Below are positions 1 through 9,160 of a DNA stretch of 59,900 bases, one piece after another; position 1 is the first letter of the stretch, and the number at the start of each line of letters is the position of its first letter. This DNA comes from Candidatus Uhrbacteria bacterium GW2011_GWF2_39_13 (lineage in GTDB: Bacteria > Patescibacteriota > Patescibacteriia > UBA9934 > GWF2-40-263). The stretch lies in contig LBWG01000008.1 of assembly GCA_000993535.1 (NCBI GenBank), positions 1 through 59,900 on the forward strand. The letters are read 5' to 3'. Below the pieces are notes generated by a model. It did no database searches, had not been told where the DNA came from, and saw nothing but the letters and a program-made list of their open reading frames with translations. The position numbers and the translations under genes were made by a program.

Positions 1-1
1 G

Positions 2-220
2 AAGCTTCGTCCCGAAGCCTCCGACAACCACTGGCTCGACGGAATAGTCGGCTGCGCCGTTGCCGCATCCATGCTTGGCGCAAGGCTGCCAAGTACCGGC
101 GAATCCGACAAACCAATCAAACAGAGAAGAAATATTGATTTATCAAAATCCCAACGGAAACTATATCTCTCCGGCGAAAGAAAAATACTGAATCCATCTG
201 AGAGAAAAAGACTGAATTAA
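2..220 (+). CDS. Phage terminase large subunit (GpA-like), C-terminal fragment (partial at window edge)
   Basis: Manual translation of frame 2 gives KLRPEASDNHWLDGIVGCAVAASMLG...KRLN*, matching the DNHWLD-x3-CAVAAS C-terminal motif of GpA-type terminases in PVC prophage-like elements. Confidence 0.7.
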   Translation, partial: KLRPEASDNHWLDGIVGCAVAASMLGARLPSTGESDKPIKQRRNIDLSKSQRKLYLSGERKILNPSERKRLN

Positions 221-256
221 AAAGCATTTACTCAAGATTAAAATGTTTTCGGACAT

Positions 257-1180
257 TTATTGATTACTTATCCGGTTTTGCAATTCAAGGTCTTTCGTTA
301 TAAGTTCGGCCTTTATTTCTCCCCGTTCAAGAATGGCATTCAGAAAAGCCGATTCATTATTGGAAAAAGGAAACCAGTGTGTGAGTTTTTTACGGCATTC
401 ATCAATAAGTTTTTCTCCGAATAAAACTGAAGACCGGGTGACTTGTTCAATCTTATTCTTATTCAGAACCGGGAGCAGCATTTGTTCAAGTTCCTTTAGG
501 TCAAATGAAATATCTTCAATTGATACAGTCCGCCAGTCTTTCCTGTTCATGGCGCCGTAAACTATAAAAGCCAGACGCAATTTTTTCTGATCAAGTCCAG
601 GATATGAAAGAAGTTCTCTTGCATCGAAAATATCCCGTGCCTGATGTCGTGAAAACAATGCGGCTAACTTACCGGCAGCCAGTTCATTAATATCAAGAAC
701 CGGTATATTCTTTGACTGGTATTCCCCGATAAGGCGTGATTCTGAGATTGTAATTTCCCAAAGCGGGATGCGGAACATAAAATTCAGGTCCACCTCCAAG
801 TTGCCAGGATGCCCGAAGGCGTTCTGGTATCCCAAGCGCCATTTTCCACCGGCGTGTTCATCTGGCATTCGTTTCAAGTTATAGTCTTCTCGTGAAAAGA
901 CCGCTTGGATTGCCTGTTCTATTTTAGGCCGTTCCACCTGCATCTCATTGAGATTACCCGCACCTATATAGTTCAGATCAATATCAACTGACAAGCGTGG
1001 AATATCAAAGATAAATAGATTCAACGCCGTCCCCCCTTTAAGCGCCAGCTTTCCTTTCAAAGCCGGGTGGGTATTTATCGTATTGAGCAAATTTATCAGG
1101 CGGACAGCTTTTTCAACCATGTCCGCGTGAAAACCGGTAAGAGTTGCAAGAGAGGCGACTTTCTCCCGTGATATCTTCAT
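257..1180 (-). CDS. abiEii: Type IV TA toxin, AbiEii/AbiGii nucleotidyltransferase; C-terminus possibly truncated
   Basis: Motifs LKGGTALNLF, RLSVDIDLNY and KLAALFSR-x3-RDIFD. The ATG at 1180 overlaps the abiEi stop (ATGA). Confidence 0.9.
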   Translation of the reverse strand: MKISREKVASLATLTGFHADMVEKAVRLINLLNTINTHPALKGKLALKGGTALNLFIFDIPRLSVDIDLNYIGAGNLNEMQVERPKIEQAIQAVFSREDYNLKRMPDEHAGGKWRLGYQNAFGHPGNLEVDLNFMFRIPLWEITISESRLIGEYQSKNIPVLDINELAAGKLAALFSRHQARDIFDARELLSYPGLDQKKLRLAFIVYGAMNRKDWRTVSIEDISFDLKELEQMLLPVLNKNKIEQVTRSSVLFGEKLIDECRKKLTHWFPFSNNESAFLNAILERGEIKAELITKDLELQNRISNQ

Positions 1181-1977
1181 GATATTTCCTTCCATTGCTG
1201 ATTCAATATTTCATCAGGAATTATTAGCTTCCACTTATTTGACAATCGACCATTACGCTTTTTCCTATTTAAATAATGAGGCTGTTTCGGGCATAATTTC
1301 TGTAAGGAAGCAAGATATTTATCACTAACCATCAACCTATCTTTATTTTGTTCCAGAAAAAATCCGGCCTTGGCAGCAGTCGTTGCATTGGACAGAATCT
1401 TGAGATATTTCAAGACTTGCTCCAAATCAAAAAACTCCACAGATTCCAGAGAACGCCATATTTCTTCCCAACTGCCTGAATAGCGAGGACAATCCAGAAC
1501 ATCCACAAAGGTGCGTTCCAGTGAAGTGACCTTCACTTCCATCCCGTTGCGTTCCGCGGTCGTCACTCCGAAATACACTTGTTTTTTGCGTTGCAATTGG
1601 GCAGGAACAGGCACCGTATTAAATCGTACGTTACGCCATACAAGAGGTCTCACAGCAAAAGATGTCTGATAGGTAAAGTGGTTAAATACAGAATAAGCCC
1701 GCCCGTGAAATTCCAAGGCGGTATGATGGACAAGAACGGCATCTTTGCTCATCCGGCCAGCGACAAGAAACGGGTCAGGAGTAAATTGTGCGGCGTTTTC
1801 TCCCGGCGGCACAACAGCAAAAAGCCCACGTTTCAGCCGCTGAATCTTTCCTGCCTTATTATAATAGGCAAGGAGCGATTCCGCAGCACGGCGTCCACAT
1901 GTTTTTTTATTCGCATGAAAAGCATTGAACTCCTCAAACGTAAAAACCGGGTGTTTTATAAAAAAATCGTACAACAC
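1177..1977 (-). CDS. abiEi: Type IV TA antitoxin AbiEi (wHTH transcriptional regulator)
   Basis: N-terminal wHTH (VFTFEEF...GKIQRLKRGLF), HTALEFHG and TSLERTFVDVLD motifs. GAGGT RBS before GTG; coupled to abiEii. Confidence 0.88.
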   Translation of the reverse strand: MLYDFFIKHPVFTFEEFNAFHANKKTCGRRAAESLLAYYNKAGKIQRLKRGLFAVVPPGENAAQFTPDPFLVAGRMSKDAVLVHHTALEFHGRAYSVFNHFTYQTSFAVRPLVWRNVRFNTVPVPAQLQRKKQVYFGVTTAERNGMEVKVTSLERTFVDVLDCPRYSGSWEEIWRSLESVEFFDLEQVLKYLKILSNATTAAKAGFFLEQNKDRLMVSDKYLASLQKLCPKQPHYLNRKKRNGRLSNKWKLIIPDEILNQQWKEIS

Positions 1978-2005
1978 TGCATTTACCTCATTTGAAAATT
2001 ATAGT

Positions 2006-2075
2006 CACAATACATAGTAATTATATGTATTGTGCTTGTATTTGTCAAGTAAAATCATTGCAAACTTGACAAATA
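2006..2075 (-). promoter_or_regulatory. abiE promoter (TTGACA-N17-TATAAT) overlapped by two inverted repeats (candidate AbiEi operators)
   Basis: Minus-strand -35 at 2043-2048 and -10 at 2020-2025. IR1 is cacaatacata(2006-2016)/tatgtattgtg(2024-2034); IR2 is tatttgtcaagt(2039-2050)/acttgacaaata(2064-2075). Confidence 0.8.
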
Positions 2076-2425
2076 TCAGCAAAAAACATGGCTTTATTGT
2101 GTGCATTGCTTGTGTTTGTCAATTAAAGTATCCTGAAATAAATTATCCGCACGCGGTATTGTTTGATTTTTATGCTTATTGATATTTTACCTATAGATGT
2201 TTAAAACTTTAGGTATTTCATCAAAGGATAAGAAAAAGACAATATGATTTCAGCTTTCAAGTTTAAGCTATCTCTGGATAGAAAAACCAATAGTTATGAA
2301 TAAGTTTAAGTAATTCTATCCATCTCATGGCGATGTTGCAAAAACGACTATAAATATTACTGCTAACTTTGTAACAGCTACCAATCTGGAATACTGAAAA
2401 AGCAATAGGGCAGAACAGCAGGGCT

Positions 2426-2459
2426 GTAAAAGTAAAAGCCCCGGAACTGGGCCGGGGCT
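2426..2459 (-). terminator. Rho-independent terminator after the HTH gene
   Basis: Stem agccccgg(2437-2444)/ccggggct(2452-2459) followed on the minus strand by TTTTACTTTT. Confidence 0.7.
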
Positions 2460-2483
2460 ATAATTAGCGGACTTTGCCGATGT

Positions 2484-2990
2484 TTACTTTTTAATTGTTT
2501 TCCTGGAAACTTTTTTAGTTTCGATAACAGGGACAACATCAGCCTTTTTCCCGGACAGCTCCTTTAACATTTTTTTGACGTCGCGTTTGGTTAGTTTTTT
2601 AAATGCGAGAAGTTTCCTTTTCAACTCCTGGCGTGGACGGAAATCGCCCTTTTCCCAATTGATTATTGAGTTATTATTTACGTCGAGCAGTTCAGCCATT
2701 TTCTTTATGCTCAGTCCGTGTTTCTTTCTCATCCTTGTAATCATCTTCGGCGAGAATCTGGAATTTTTGACCTCGTCATCCGAAGGCAAAGCATTGATTT
2801 TCTTTGTTCCGCCGAGAATTTTCTGCAATGCATCAACAGCCTTCTCAAGGGATTTCACACGTTTCCTTAATTCCGTATTTTCTCTTCTGAGAGAAGTTAC
2901 GGCTTTCTTTAATGTTCCCTGTGATTTTACCACTTCCTTGCGGGCAAGTCTCGTGATTTCATCCTGTAACGGTACTAAGAATTTTGGCAT
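2484..2990 (-). CDS. Coiled-coil + XRE-type helix-turn-helix DNA-binding protein
   Basis: N-terminal EITRLARKEV coiled coil; C-terminal HTH RKKHGLSIKKMAELLDVNNNSIINWEKG. Confidence 0.75.
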   Translation of the reverse strand: MPKFLVPLQDEITRLARKEVVKSQGTLKKAVTSLRRENTELRKRVKSLEKAVDALQKILGGTKKINALPSDDEVKNSRFSPKMITRMRKKHGLSIKKMAELLDVNNNSIINWEKGDFRPRQELKRKLLAFKKLTKRDVKKMLKELSGKKADVVPVIETKKVSRKTIKK

Positions 2991-3067
2991 TATAGTTTCT
3001 CCTTATCATAATTATTATTCATATGGTCAGATGGAATATAAACACTTTTTTCAATAAATCAAAATTG

Positions 3068-4153
3068 TTAAACTGAAAGCTTTTTCCCTTTGCCTTTCCA
3101 ACTGGTGGAATAAGTATCGGGCCGTATCTGAAACCTGGCAATATATGCCTTGCGTCCTTCATCCCAGTAAATAGGCTCCCCCTCAATCCTGAAAAACTTT
3201 ACAAGGTTTTCGCAGAGCAGCTGTTTCTGCTTTTTTATTGCCGGGGAAGCCTGCAGCCCATCCCATCCGTATACGCCATAGTTTTCAGCAAGATTCAGCA
3301 TAAACGTCCATCTGTCGACGGGGCCTTTATTGAGAGAACTTGCCATCCCCATTTCAAAATAATTCAACGATGCTTTAGTTTCCAGAATCTGCACGGTAAC
3401 TGTATGTTCATTGATGAAATGAATATTCAGATCCTCCCATTTTGCATTGAGAGGGGTCGGGAAGAATTCTACTGTTTTTGTTTCCGGCATATTCAGCAGC
3501 GAAGCGAAAATTTTTTCCTGTCCGCGCCGGAGACTGACATTGCACCGGCGGTCAATGAGAAGTTCGTCTTCCAGAGATACAAAGACGATCTCACGTTTTT
3601 TTAAGAGGAGTTCTGTCTCAGGCGTAAGGAAGCGCCTGGATGTCGAGAACAGTATGAATTTTCCATGATGCCCGGAACATAAATACTTAACCATCCCAGA
3701 CATGCTCGCTCTGAAATTACAGTATGACATATAAACCGGATAGTTGATTCCGGCAAACGGTGTATACTCTCCGAGGTAATATCTTCGCTTGTCATTTAAA
3801 TTGTTTTCATTCAAATTAATGCCGAAAGTCATGGCAATAATTTTATGCAGCTTTGACACATTCAAACGGTAAATGAGAATATCCTGTTCGCTCAATGGCT
3901 GATTGTTGGATATGTTTTCACCGCATACGGCCTCAATGCTTTTCTCTTTATGCTGAATGCGCATGGGGCACGGGCTGTCGCACTGCGTCGGGCATCGTAT
4001 TGCCTTCGCGTATTCGTCCGTCGACGACAGAAAAGCATGACGGAAATCACTTATATCATGCTTTCCATACATTGCGTCTTTCCAATCAATCAGCGGCGCT
4101 CTGAAATCTTCAAGCTCCTCTAAAAAACTTCCAAACGGTGATTTCTGTTCCAT
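3068..4153 (-). CDS. Hypothetical protein of prophage-like islands (possible C-terminal DNA-binding domain)
   Basis: 361-aa ORF with an RBS (GGAG), a Cys cluster CPTQCDSPC and an FPTP-x3-W-x2-L motif; located in the mobile-element remnant. Confidence 0.5.
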   Translation of the reverse strand: MEQKSPFGSFLEELEDFRAPLIDWKDAMYGKHDISDFRHAFLSSTDEYAKAIRCPTQCDSPCPMRIQHKEKSIEAVCGENISNNQPLSEQDILIYRLNVSKLHKIIAMTFGINLNENNLNDKRRYYLGEYTPFAGINYPVYMSYCNFRASMSGMVKYLCSGHHGKFILFSTSRRFLTPETELLLKKREIVFVSLEDELLIDRRCNVSLRRGQEKIFASLLNMPETKTVEFFPTPLNAKWEDLNIHFINEHTVTVQILETKASLNYFEMGMASSLNKGPVDRWTFMLNLAENYGVYGWDGLQASPAIKKQKQLLCENLVKFFRIEGEPIYWDEGRKAYIARFQIRPDTYSTSWKGKGKKLSV

Positions 4154-4240
4154 ACATTACGTCTCCTATCAATGTAGTTTTAACAACTTTTATTCTATAA
4201 ATCTTTATTCCGTTATAAGATAAAACTCTTGGCAAATCCG

Positions 4241-4278
4241 AAAATAGAGAAAGAGGCCGCAAGCCTCTCCTATATTTT
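4241..4278. terminator. Probable bidirectional terminator hairpin
   Basis: aaaatagagaaa-gaggc-cgcaa-gcctc-tcctatatttt: GC stem with a GCAA-containing loop and A/T-rich flanks. Confidence 0.5.
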
Positions 4279-4347
4279 CTTTCATCTTAACATTTTTCCT
4301 CCTTTCTAAAATTGCTGTTAATGCGTCCTTATTTTTGTATCTTCGGC

Positions 4348-4647
4348 TCATGCATCCGGTTTCACATCTGTTTTCTTTTTTTCCTTCAAAAGAATTGTCA
4401 AATCATTTTTCAATTCCTTCAAGGGCTTTGATTTGAATGAGTCCTTGCTCTGGTCAACAACAATTATTGCCACCCCAACCCCTCTCTCTAAATTACCTAT
4501 GCGCCGTGCCTGCCATTCAATGACTGAGTGTTCCGTAAACTTTGCCCTCGCTTCCTCATCATTGTTTTTCAACTGCTCCCGGAACTTATCAACTGTTTTA
4601 TTCAAATCATCACAGGCATCATCGATATTCTTTTCAAACGTACTCAT
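4348..4647 (-). CDS. Small coiled-coil hypothetical protein (phage-like)
   Basis: ORF track 4348..4689; the likely start is MSTFEK at 4647. No recognisable motif. Confidence 0.4.
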   Translation of the reverse strand: MSTFEKNIDDACDDLNKTVDKFREQLKNNDEEARAKFTEHSVIEWQARRIGNLERGVGVAIIVVDQSKDSFKSKPLKELKNDLTILLKEKKKTDVKPDA

Positions 4648-4679
4648 GCTTTTTCTTTCTTTATAGCTATAAAAAACAA

Positions 4680-4773
4680 AGAGACGCAAACATAAAAACA
4701 GTGCGTTTTACAACAACACTATTAATATGTTTGCGTCTCTACTTGACGGCCCGCCGGCACATGCCGGCCCCGT
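4680..4773. repeat. 15-bp perfect inverted repeat plus adjacent GC-rich hairpin (structured leader)
   Basis: agagacgcaaacata(4680-4694)/tatgtttgcgtctct(4726-4740), then gacgg-cccgccggcacatgccggcc-ccgtc. Confidence 0.7.
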
Positions 4774-4930
4774 CCCGACAAGACACATATTCCCGATAGC
4801 CAGACTAAAAAAATCTGCAACCGAAAAGTTTTTAAATTGTTAAATTACTTCCCTTCTGCTCTACTCACCTCCTTCTTTGTTATTTCAAAAATCATTATCT
4901 AGAAACTTCTGTTCTTCCATGCTTCTCTAT

Positions 4931-5032
4931 ACTTTTTCCCAAATCGTAAAATGACAAACAACTGAAAATTTGACGGATGGCTTGCATTCAAATCAATTCG
5001 TCAAATTGCAAAATTCACTTTTGAGACACTAC
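4931..5032. repeat. Dispersed MITE-like repeat, copy 1 (right end only)
   Basis: Homologous to 18363-18466 and 39743-39840. Hairpin atttgacg(4968-4975)/cgtcaaat(4999-5006); ends in gagacactac. Confidence 0.75.
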
Positions 5033-5151
5033 AAGGTAATAGAATATAACTCTTTTTGAAAACACTTCTGTATTCAAAAAAATGATTTTTGAGGAGTAAT
5101 CCTCTCATTTCCAATTTTCATTATTTACCTTTTATGTTTTTTACGTTAAAA

Positions 5152-5886
5152 TCAATAATACGGAGTAGTATCGGGCCATTTAAGAAAATAGAATTCAGGC
5201 AAATCATTAACTCCATTTATAGAAAAACGCTTTACGTGTCCGTCAACAAATCCTATGTTCGAGCCTTGTATATGAGGATAAATAAGATTAGTTCGCCTTC
5301 CACAAGAATAGCTGCTCCCATCCATAATAAGTGCTATAAGTGACGGACTGGTTACGAATCTCAACGGCTTACATTCATTAGGAGATACGCCTGTTGTCTG
5401 CATAATTCGCGAATTAGCCCCGAATACAAAAGAATTGTAATCCAATCCCAAATTTTTTCTTACTTGTTGTTCCGGGCAAGTATAAATCACCATAGCCGTG
5501 CATGAATCAACTGAAAGCCCTTCTTCCAAAAGAACTGATTTGGGAGAATTGAGATATTCTGCCAACGGGTGTTGCGGACTGTAAATGCGTATTGCGCTTG
5601 TAGGAGTAGTTCTCAATGTCGGAGTATTGTTGTAATCACTATCATAGTTCATTACTGCTGTAATAATCTGGCGTATTCTGGATATACATTCTCCGGCATT
5701 TGCACTGCTGCGCGCCTTACTTAAAGCAGGCATAAGAATACCGGCTAGAATAACTATAATAGCTATAACTACCAACAACTCCACAATTGTAAAACTACAA
5801 TTTACCTTAAGTTTTTTAATGTTGTTTCTAAGATAAAAATAAAAAGTGAATTTTCCTTTTCCCATGTTGAATTTAAATATTTTCAT
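5152..5886 (-). CDS. Prepilin-type N-terminal cleavage/methylation + H-X9-DG domain protein (DUF1559-like)
   Basis: FTIVELLVVIAIIVILAGILMPALSKAR, C-x5-QI, YTCP and C-terminal HIQGSNIGFVDGHV. Confidence 0.9.
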   Translation of the reverse strand: MKIFKFNMGKGKFTFYFYLRNNIKKLKVNCSFTIVELLVVIAIIVILAGILMPALSKARSSANAGECISRIRQIITAVMNYDSDYNNTPTLRTTPTSAIRIYSPQHPLAEYLNSPKSVLLEEGLSVDSCTAMVIYTCPEQQVRKNLGLDYNSFVFGANSRIMQTTGVSPNECKPLRFVTSPSLIALIMDGSSYSCGRRTNLIYPHIQGSNIGFVDGHVKRFSINGVNDLPEFYFLKWPDTTPYY

Positions 5887-5979
5887 ATCACCCTGCTACC
5901 TCCATTAATTATTAACTTACTTAAATATTTCGAATTTTCCATTGGCTTCAGCTGATAACTGTGTACGAATACTTATAAA

Positions 5980-6822
5980 TCATCCCTTCACCGCACCAAG
6001 TGTTATACCTTTGATAAAGAATCTTTGCCCGGCTATGAAAACAATGAACATAGGAAGAATCATAATTACGGAGCCGGCCATTAGCAAAGGCCATTGAATG
6101 CCGTACATTTCCTTGAATTTTGCCAGGGCTACAGGAAGTGTATAAAGTTCCGCGCTATGAATAACAATCAATGGCCACATGAAATTTTTCCAGGAACCCA
6201 TGAAAATGAGGATTGCGAGAGTAATCAATGCGTTGCGTGACAATGGAATGATTACATTACAGTATATTTGCCACGAATTACAACCATCTATCATCGCGGC
6301 CTCTTCCAAATCACGCGGGAGATTCAGAAAAAACTGACGTAGCATGAAAGTGCCGTATGCGGTAAACATTTCGGGAAGAATTAAGGCATAATAAGTATCA
6401 ATCCATCCAAGTTTCTGCAACAGCAGGAAAGTCGGAATCATAGTTACGGAATGAGGTATCATCATGGTAGCGATGTAACCAAGAAAGATATGGTTGCGCC
6501 CCCAGAATATCATCCTGGCAAACGCATAGGCCGCAATTGAACTGGTAAACACTTTTCCAGCAGTAATGGTGAATGTAACAAATACGCTGTTACAGAATTC
6601 CCGCAGAAAATTGGTTTCAACAAAAACGGCACGGTAATTGTCCCAATGGCATTTGGAAGGGACAATACTGGTCAATTTTGAAACGTCGGCATATGGGTCT
6701 TTAAGAGAAGTTGCAAGCATCCACAGCAATGGGAAGATGGTAGTAAAACCGATTATAATCAGAAATGCGTAAATCAAAACAGTGTTCAAATTTTTATGAA
6801 AGACATGCCTATTCATGAACAT
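5980..6822 (-). CDS. Carbohydrate ABC transporter permease (CUT1, MalG-like)
   Basis: EAA loop LEEAAMIDGC; hydrophobic TM segments; C-terminal QRFFIKGITLGAVKG. Confidence 0.93.
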   Translation of the reverse strand: MFMNRHVFHKNLNTVLIYAFLIIIGFTTIFPLLWMLATSLKDPYADVSKLTSIVPSKCHWDNYRAVFVETNFLREFCNSVFVTFTITAGKVFTSSIAAYAFARMIFWGRNHIFLGYIATMMIPHSVTMIPTFLLLQKLGWIDTYYALILPEMFTAYGTFMLRQFFLNLPRDLEEAAMIDGCNSWQIYCNVIIPLSRNALITLAILIFMGSWKNFMWPLIVIHSAELYTLPVALAKFKEMYGIQWPLLMAGSVIMILPMFIVFIAGQRFFIKGITLGAVKG

Positions 6823-7732
6823 TCCCCCCGAATCGCCAATTGATAATGGTAATAATTAAAACAATTAAAAATAATACCAGTGCGATAGTTGCGGCATAAC
6901 CCATGTTGAACCAGACAAAAGCATGATTGAATATATAGTAACTCAATGTAGTTGTCGCTCCTGCCGGTCCACCGCCGGTCAGAATAAAGGCGGCGTCAAA
7001 TCCCCCTTGAAATCCGGCAATTACCGACATGATGAAAATGAAAAAGCTGGTAGGTCTCAGCATGGGTAATGTAATATGACGGAATTTTTGAAAGACACTT
7101 GCTCCATCAATATTGGCTGCTTCATACAGTTCTTCCGATATGCCCTGAAGTCCAGCTAAATACAACAGCATGTTCGTCCCCCCCATAGCACCCCACGTGC
7201 CCATCAGCATAATCGCGGGCTTAGCCCAAGTGCAGTCTGTAAGCCAGCCCGGCCCCTTGATGCCTATCAGTGCCAATGCTTGATTCAAAAGGCCGAATTC
7301 AGGATTGTAAATGAAAGACCAGAGCAATAGAATCCCAACACCTCCGCATATAGTCGGCAAATAGAATATGGAACGGAAAAAACCAATACATTTAAGTGGA
7401 TGGTTCAACATTATAGCTATCAATAGAGAAACCAGCATATTTACAGGAATGGTTAACATCAGGAAGACAGTGTTCCACAGGTACTTCCAGAAATATGGGT
7501 CATTGAAGGCAATCTTCCCGTTTACTATGCTCATGCCTAATAAATCACGTAAATTTTCAAAACCTACGAATTGCGGCGGATTAAAAATATCCCATCGGAA
7601 AAAACTTAAAACAATCGCGAATAAGACAGGAATGAAAGTGAAACTCAAAAATCCCAGAAAATTAGGAGCCAGGTAGAGCCAGGCTGTGGTATTACGTCCA
7701 ATATGTTTTTGCTCTGGAAATCCCATAATCAT
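6809..7732 (-). CDS. Carbohydrate ABC transporter permease (CUT1, MalF-like)
   Basis: LAGLQGISEELYEAANIDGA and LTGGGP motifs; TM segments. Confidence 0.93.
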   Translation of the reverse strand: MIMGFPEQKHIGRNTTAWLYLAPNFLGFLSFTFIPVLFAIVLSFFRWDIFNPPQFVGFENLRDLLGMSIVNGKIAFNDPYFWKYLWNTVFLMLTIPVNMLVSLLIAIMLNHPLKCIGFFRSIFYLPTICGGVGILLLWSFIYNPEFGLLNQALALIGIKGPGWLTDCTWAKPAIMLMGTWGAMGGTNMLLYLAGLQGISEELYEAANIDGASVFQKFRHITLPMLRPTSFFIFIMSVIAGFQGGFDAAFILTGGGPAGATTTLSYYIFNHAFVWFNMGYAATIALVLFLIVLIITIINWRFGGNVHE

Positions 7733-9132
7733 TTTTCTTCAGTATGTTGTTGCAATGTTTTAAATTTTTGAAGTTTTCTATTAAGCGATTGTTCCAGTTT
7801 TGTCATTGCTGTTTCAGGAGTGTCAAGCCCATTCCATACTCTGCTGGAAACATTATTAAAGCCTGCAAACAGTTCCTGCAGGTGAGGTACTCTGGGAATT
7901 GGAGAAAGAAGTTTCATCATCTTCAGCAGTATTGGATAATTTTCCGGTTTTCCTGTGTGCAACGAAACAGCTTCCTGAGCATAACGATAATCTGAAGGCA
8001 AACATTCAAAGGACATAGCCAATTGAAAGTCACGGCTCAGAAAAATTTTTGCAAGTTTCCATGCCGCATCAGGATATTTAGTATTTTTAGCGATAACGAT
8101 TCCCTGGCTGGATGCCCACTGAGTCTTTTTGCTGATTTTGGGATTCATGACTATATCCCAATCAATATCTTTAAACCGGGTTTTGATGAAAAACAAATCC
8201 CAGGTGCAAAAGTACATCATGGCGACCCTTTCCTGAGAAAAATAACTGTACCTGTCAAGGCCTTGCTGCTGTTCATCTTCCGGTCTTGGGGTTACACGCC
8301 ATTTCTGCTGTAGCTCAAGATTGATCTTGAAGTAATTGATCATATTGGGAGTATTGCACAGGATTTTTTTCCCGTCTTCGCTGATTACCTGGGCACCGAA
8401 AAGAGAATAGTCCAAACGTCCACGGAAACCGAAGCGGCTAATCCTCCCGGATTTATCAACCACTGTCAATTTGCGCGCATTTTCTAAGAAGTCCTCGTAA
8501 GTCCAGTTGTCACGGGGATATGCCAGTCCGGCTTTGCGGAATAATTTTTTATTATATGCCAGAAATTTCAGGTCAATTCCATAGGGGATGCCATAAATAT
8601 GTCCGTCTTGAGTATACCACCGGACCACAGTAGATTCGTAGTTGGCCAAATCAATATCTTTATCTGTTTTCAGGCGTTCTGAAATGTCCATGAAGACTCC
8701 ACGATCTGCAAATTCAGAAAAACTTTGTCCCATCCACATCAGATCAGGTCCTATATTGCCAACAATCATAAGGAGTAATTTTTGGTAATAATTCCCTGCG
8801 ATATCCCTGAGTTCGACCTTGATGTCAGGATTTTTCACTTCAAACCGCTTGATAAGCTCCATATAGATTTTTGTAGTCTCTTGTCCGGCAGGCACCGCCA
8901 CAACCAATTTAATTTTTCGACTGTCGCTAATTCCTATTTTCCCTGATTGGGAAAAAATATAAACAGTAACGGAAATATAAATTAACAGCAATAAGAAAAT
9001 AATCCCTCTGGAAACTAATTTTTCCCGGTCATATGAATAAAAAAAGGAGCCTTCTTTAAGATGGAAAAATGACAGCGCTTTTTTCAGCCCAGCTCTCAAT
9101 GTTCCTGAAGACGGTTTTTCATTCATTGCCAT
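7729..9132 (-). CDS. Carbohydrate ABC transporter substrate-binding protein (SBP family 1)
   Basis: FEVKNPDIKV, GPDL, YGIPY, AYNKKLFRKAG and WTYEDF motifs; N-terminal TM anchor. Confidence 0.88.
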   Translation of the reverse strand: MAMNEKPSSGTLRAGLKKALSFFHLKEGSFFYSYDREKLVSRGIIFLLLLIYISVTVYIFSQSGKIGISDSRKIKLVVAVPAGQETTKIYMELIKRFEVKNPDIKVELRDIAGNYYQKLLLMIVGNIGPDLMWMGQSFSEFADRGVFMDISERLKTDKDIDLANYESTVVRWYTQDGHIYGIPYGIDLKFLAYNKKLFRKAGLAYPRDNWTYEDFLENARKLTVVDKSGRISRFGFRGRLDYSLFGAQVISEDGKKILCNTPNMINYFKINLELQQKWRVTPRPEDEQQQGLDRYSYFSQERVAMMYFCTWDLFFIKTRFKDIDWDIVMNPKISKKTQWASSQGIVIAKNTKYPDAAWKLAKIFLSRDFQLAMSFECLPSDYRYAQEAVSLHTGKPENYPILLKMMKLLSPIPRVPHLQELFAGFNNVSSRVWNGLDTPETAMTKLEQSLNRKLQKFKTLQQHTEEK

Positions 9133-9160
9133 TTTTCATTCTCTCAGTATGAAATATTCT

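Noticed and set aside
2160..2400. AT-rich stretch with broken reading frames (…HGDVAKTTINITANFV…) that might be a decayed gene
   Set aside because: Too short and interrupted to assign without a search.
4187..4351. Possible 48-aa ORF (MSRRYKNK…) and a strong AAGGAGG followed by a 3-codon ORF on the minus strand
   Set aside because: It runs through a terminator hairpin and has no recognisable features, so it cannot be supported.
4675..4745. GAGACGCAAA resembles the c-di-GMP-I (GEMM) riboswitch core
   Set aside because: The GGCAAAC...GAAA P2 stem and the P3 tetraloop-receptor are missing; the match is explained by the inverted repeat.
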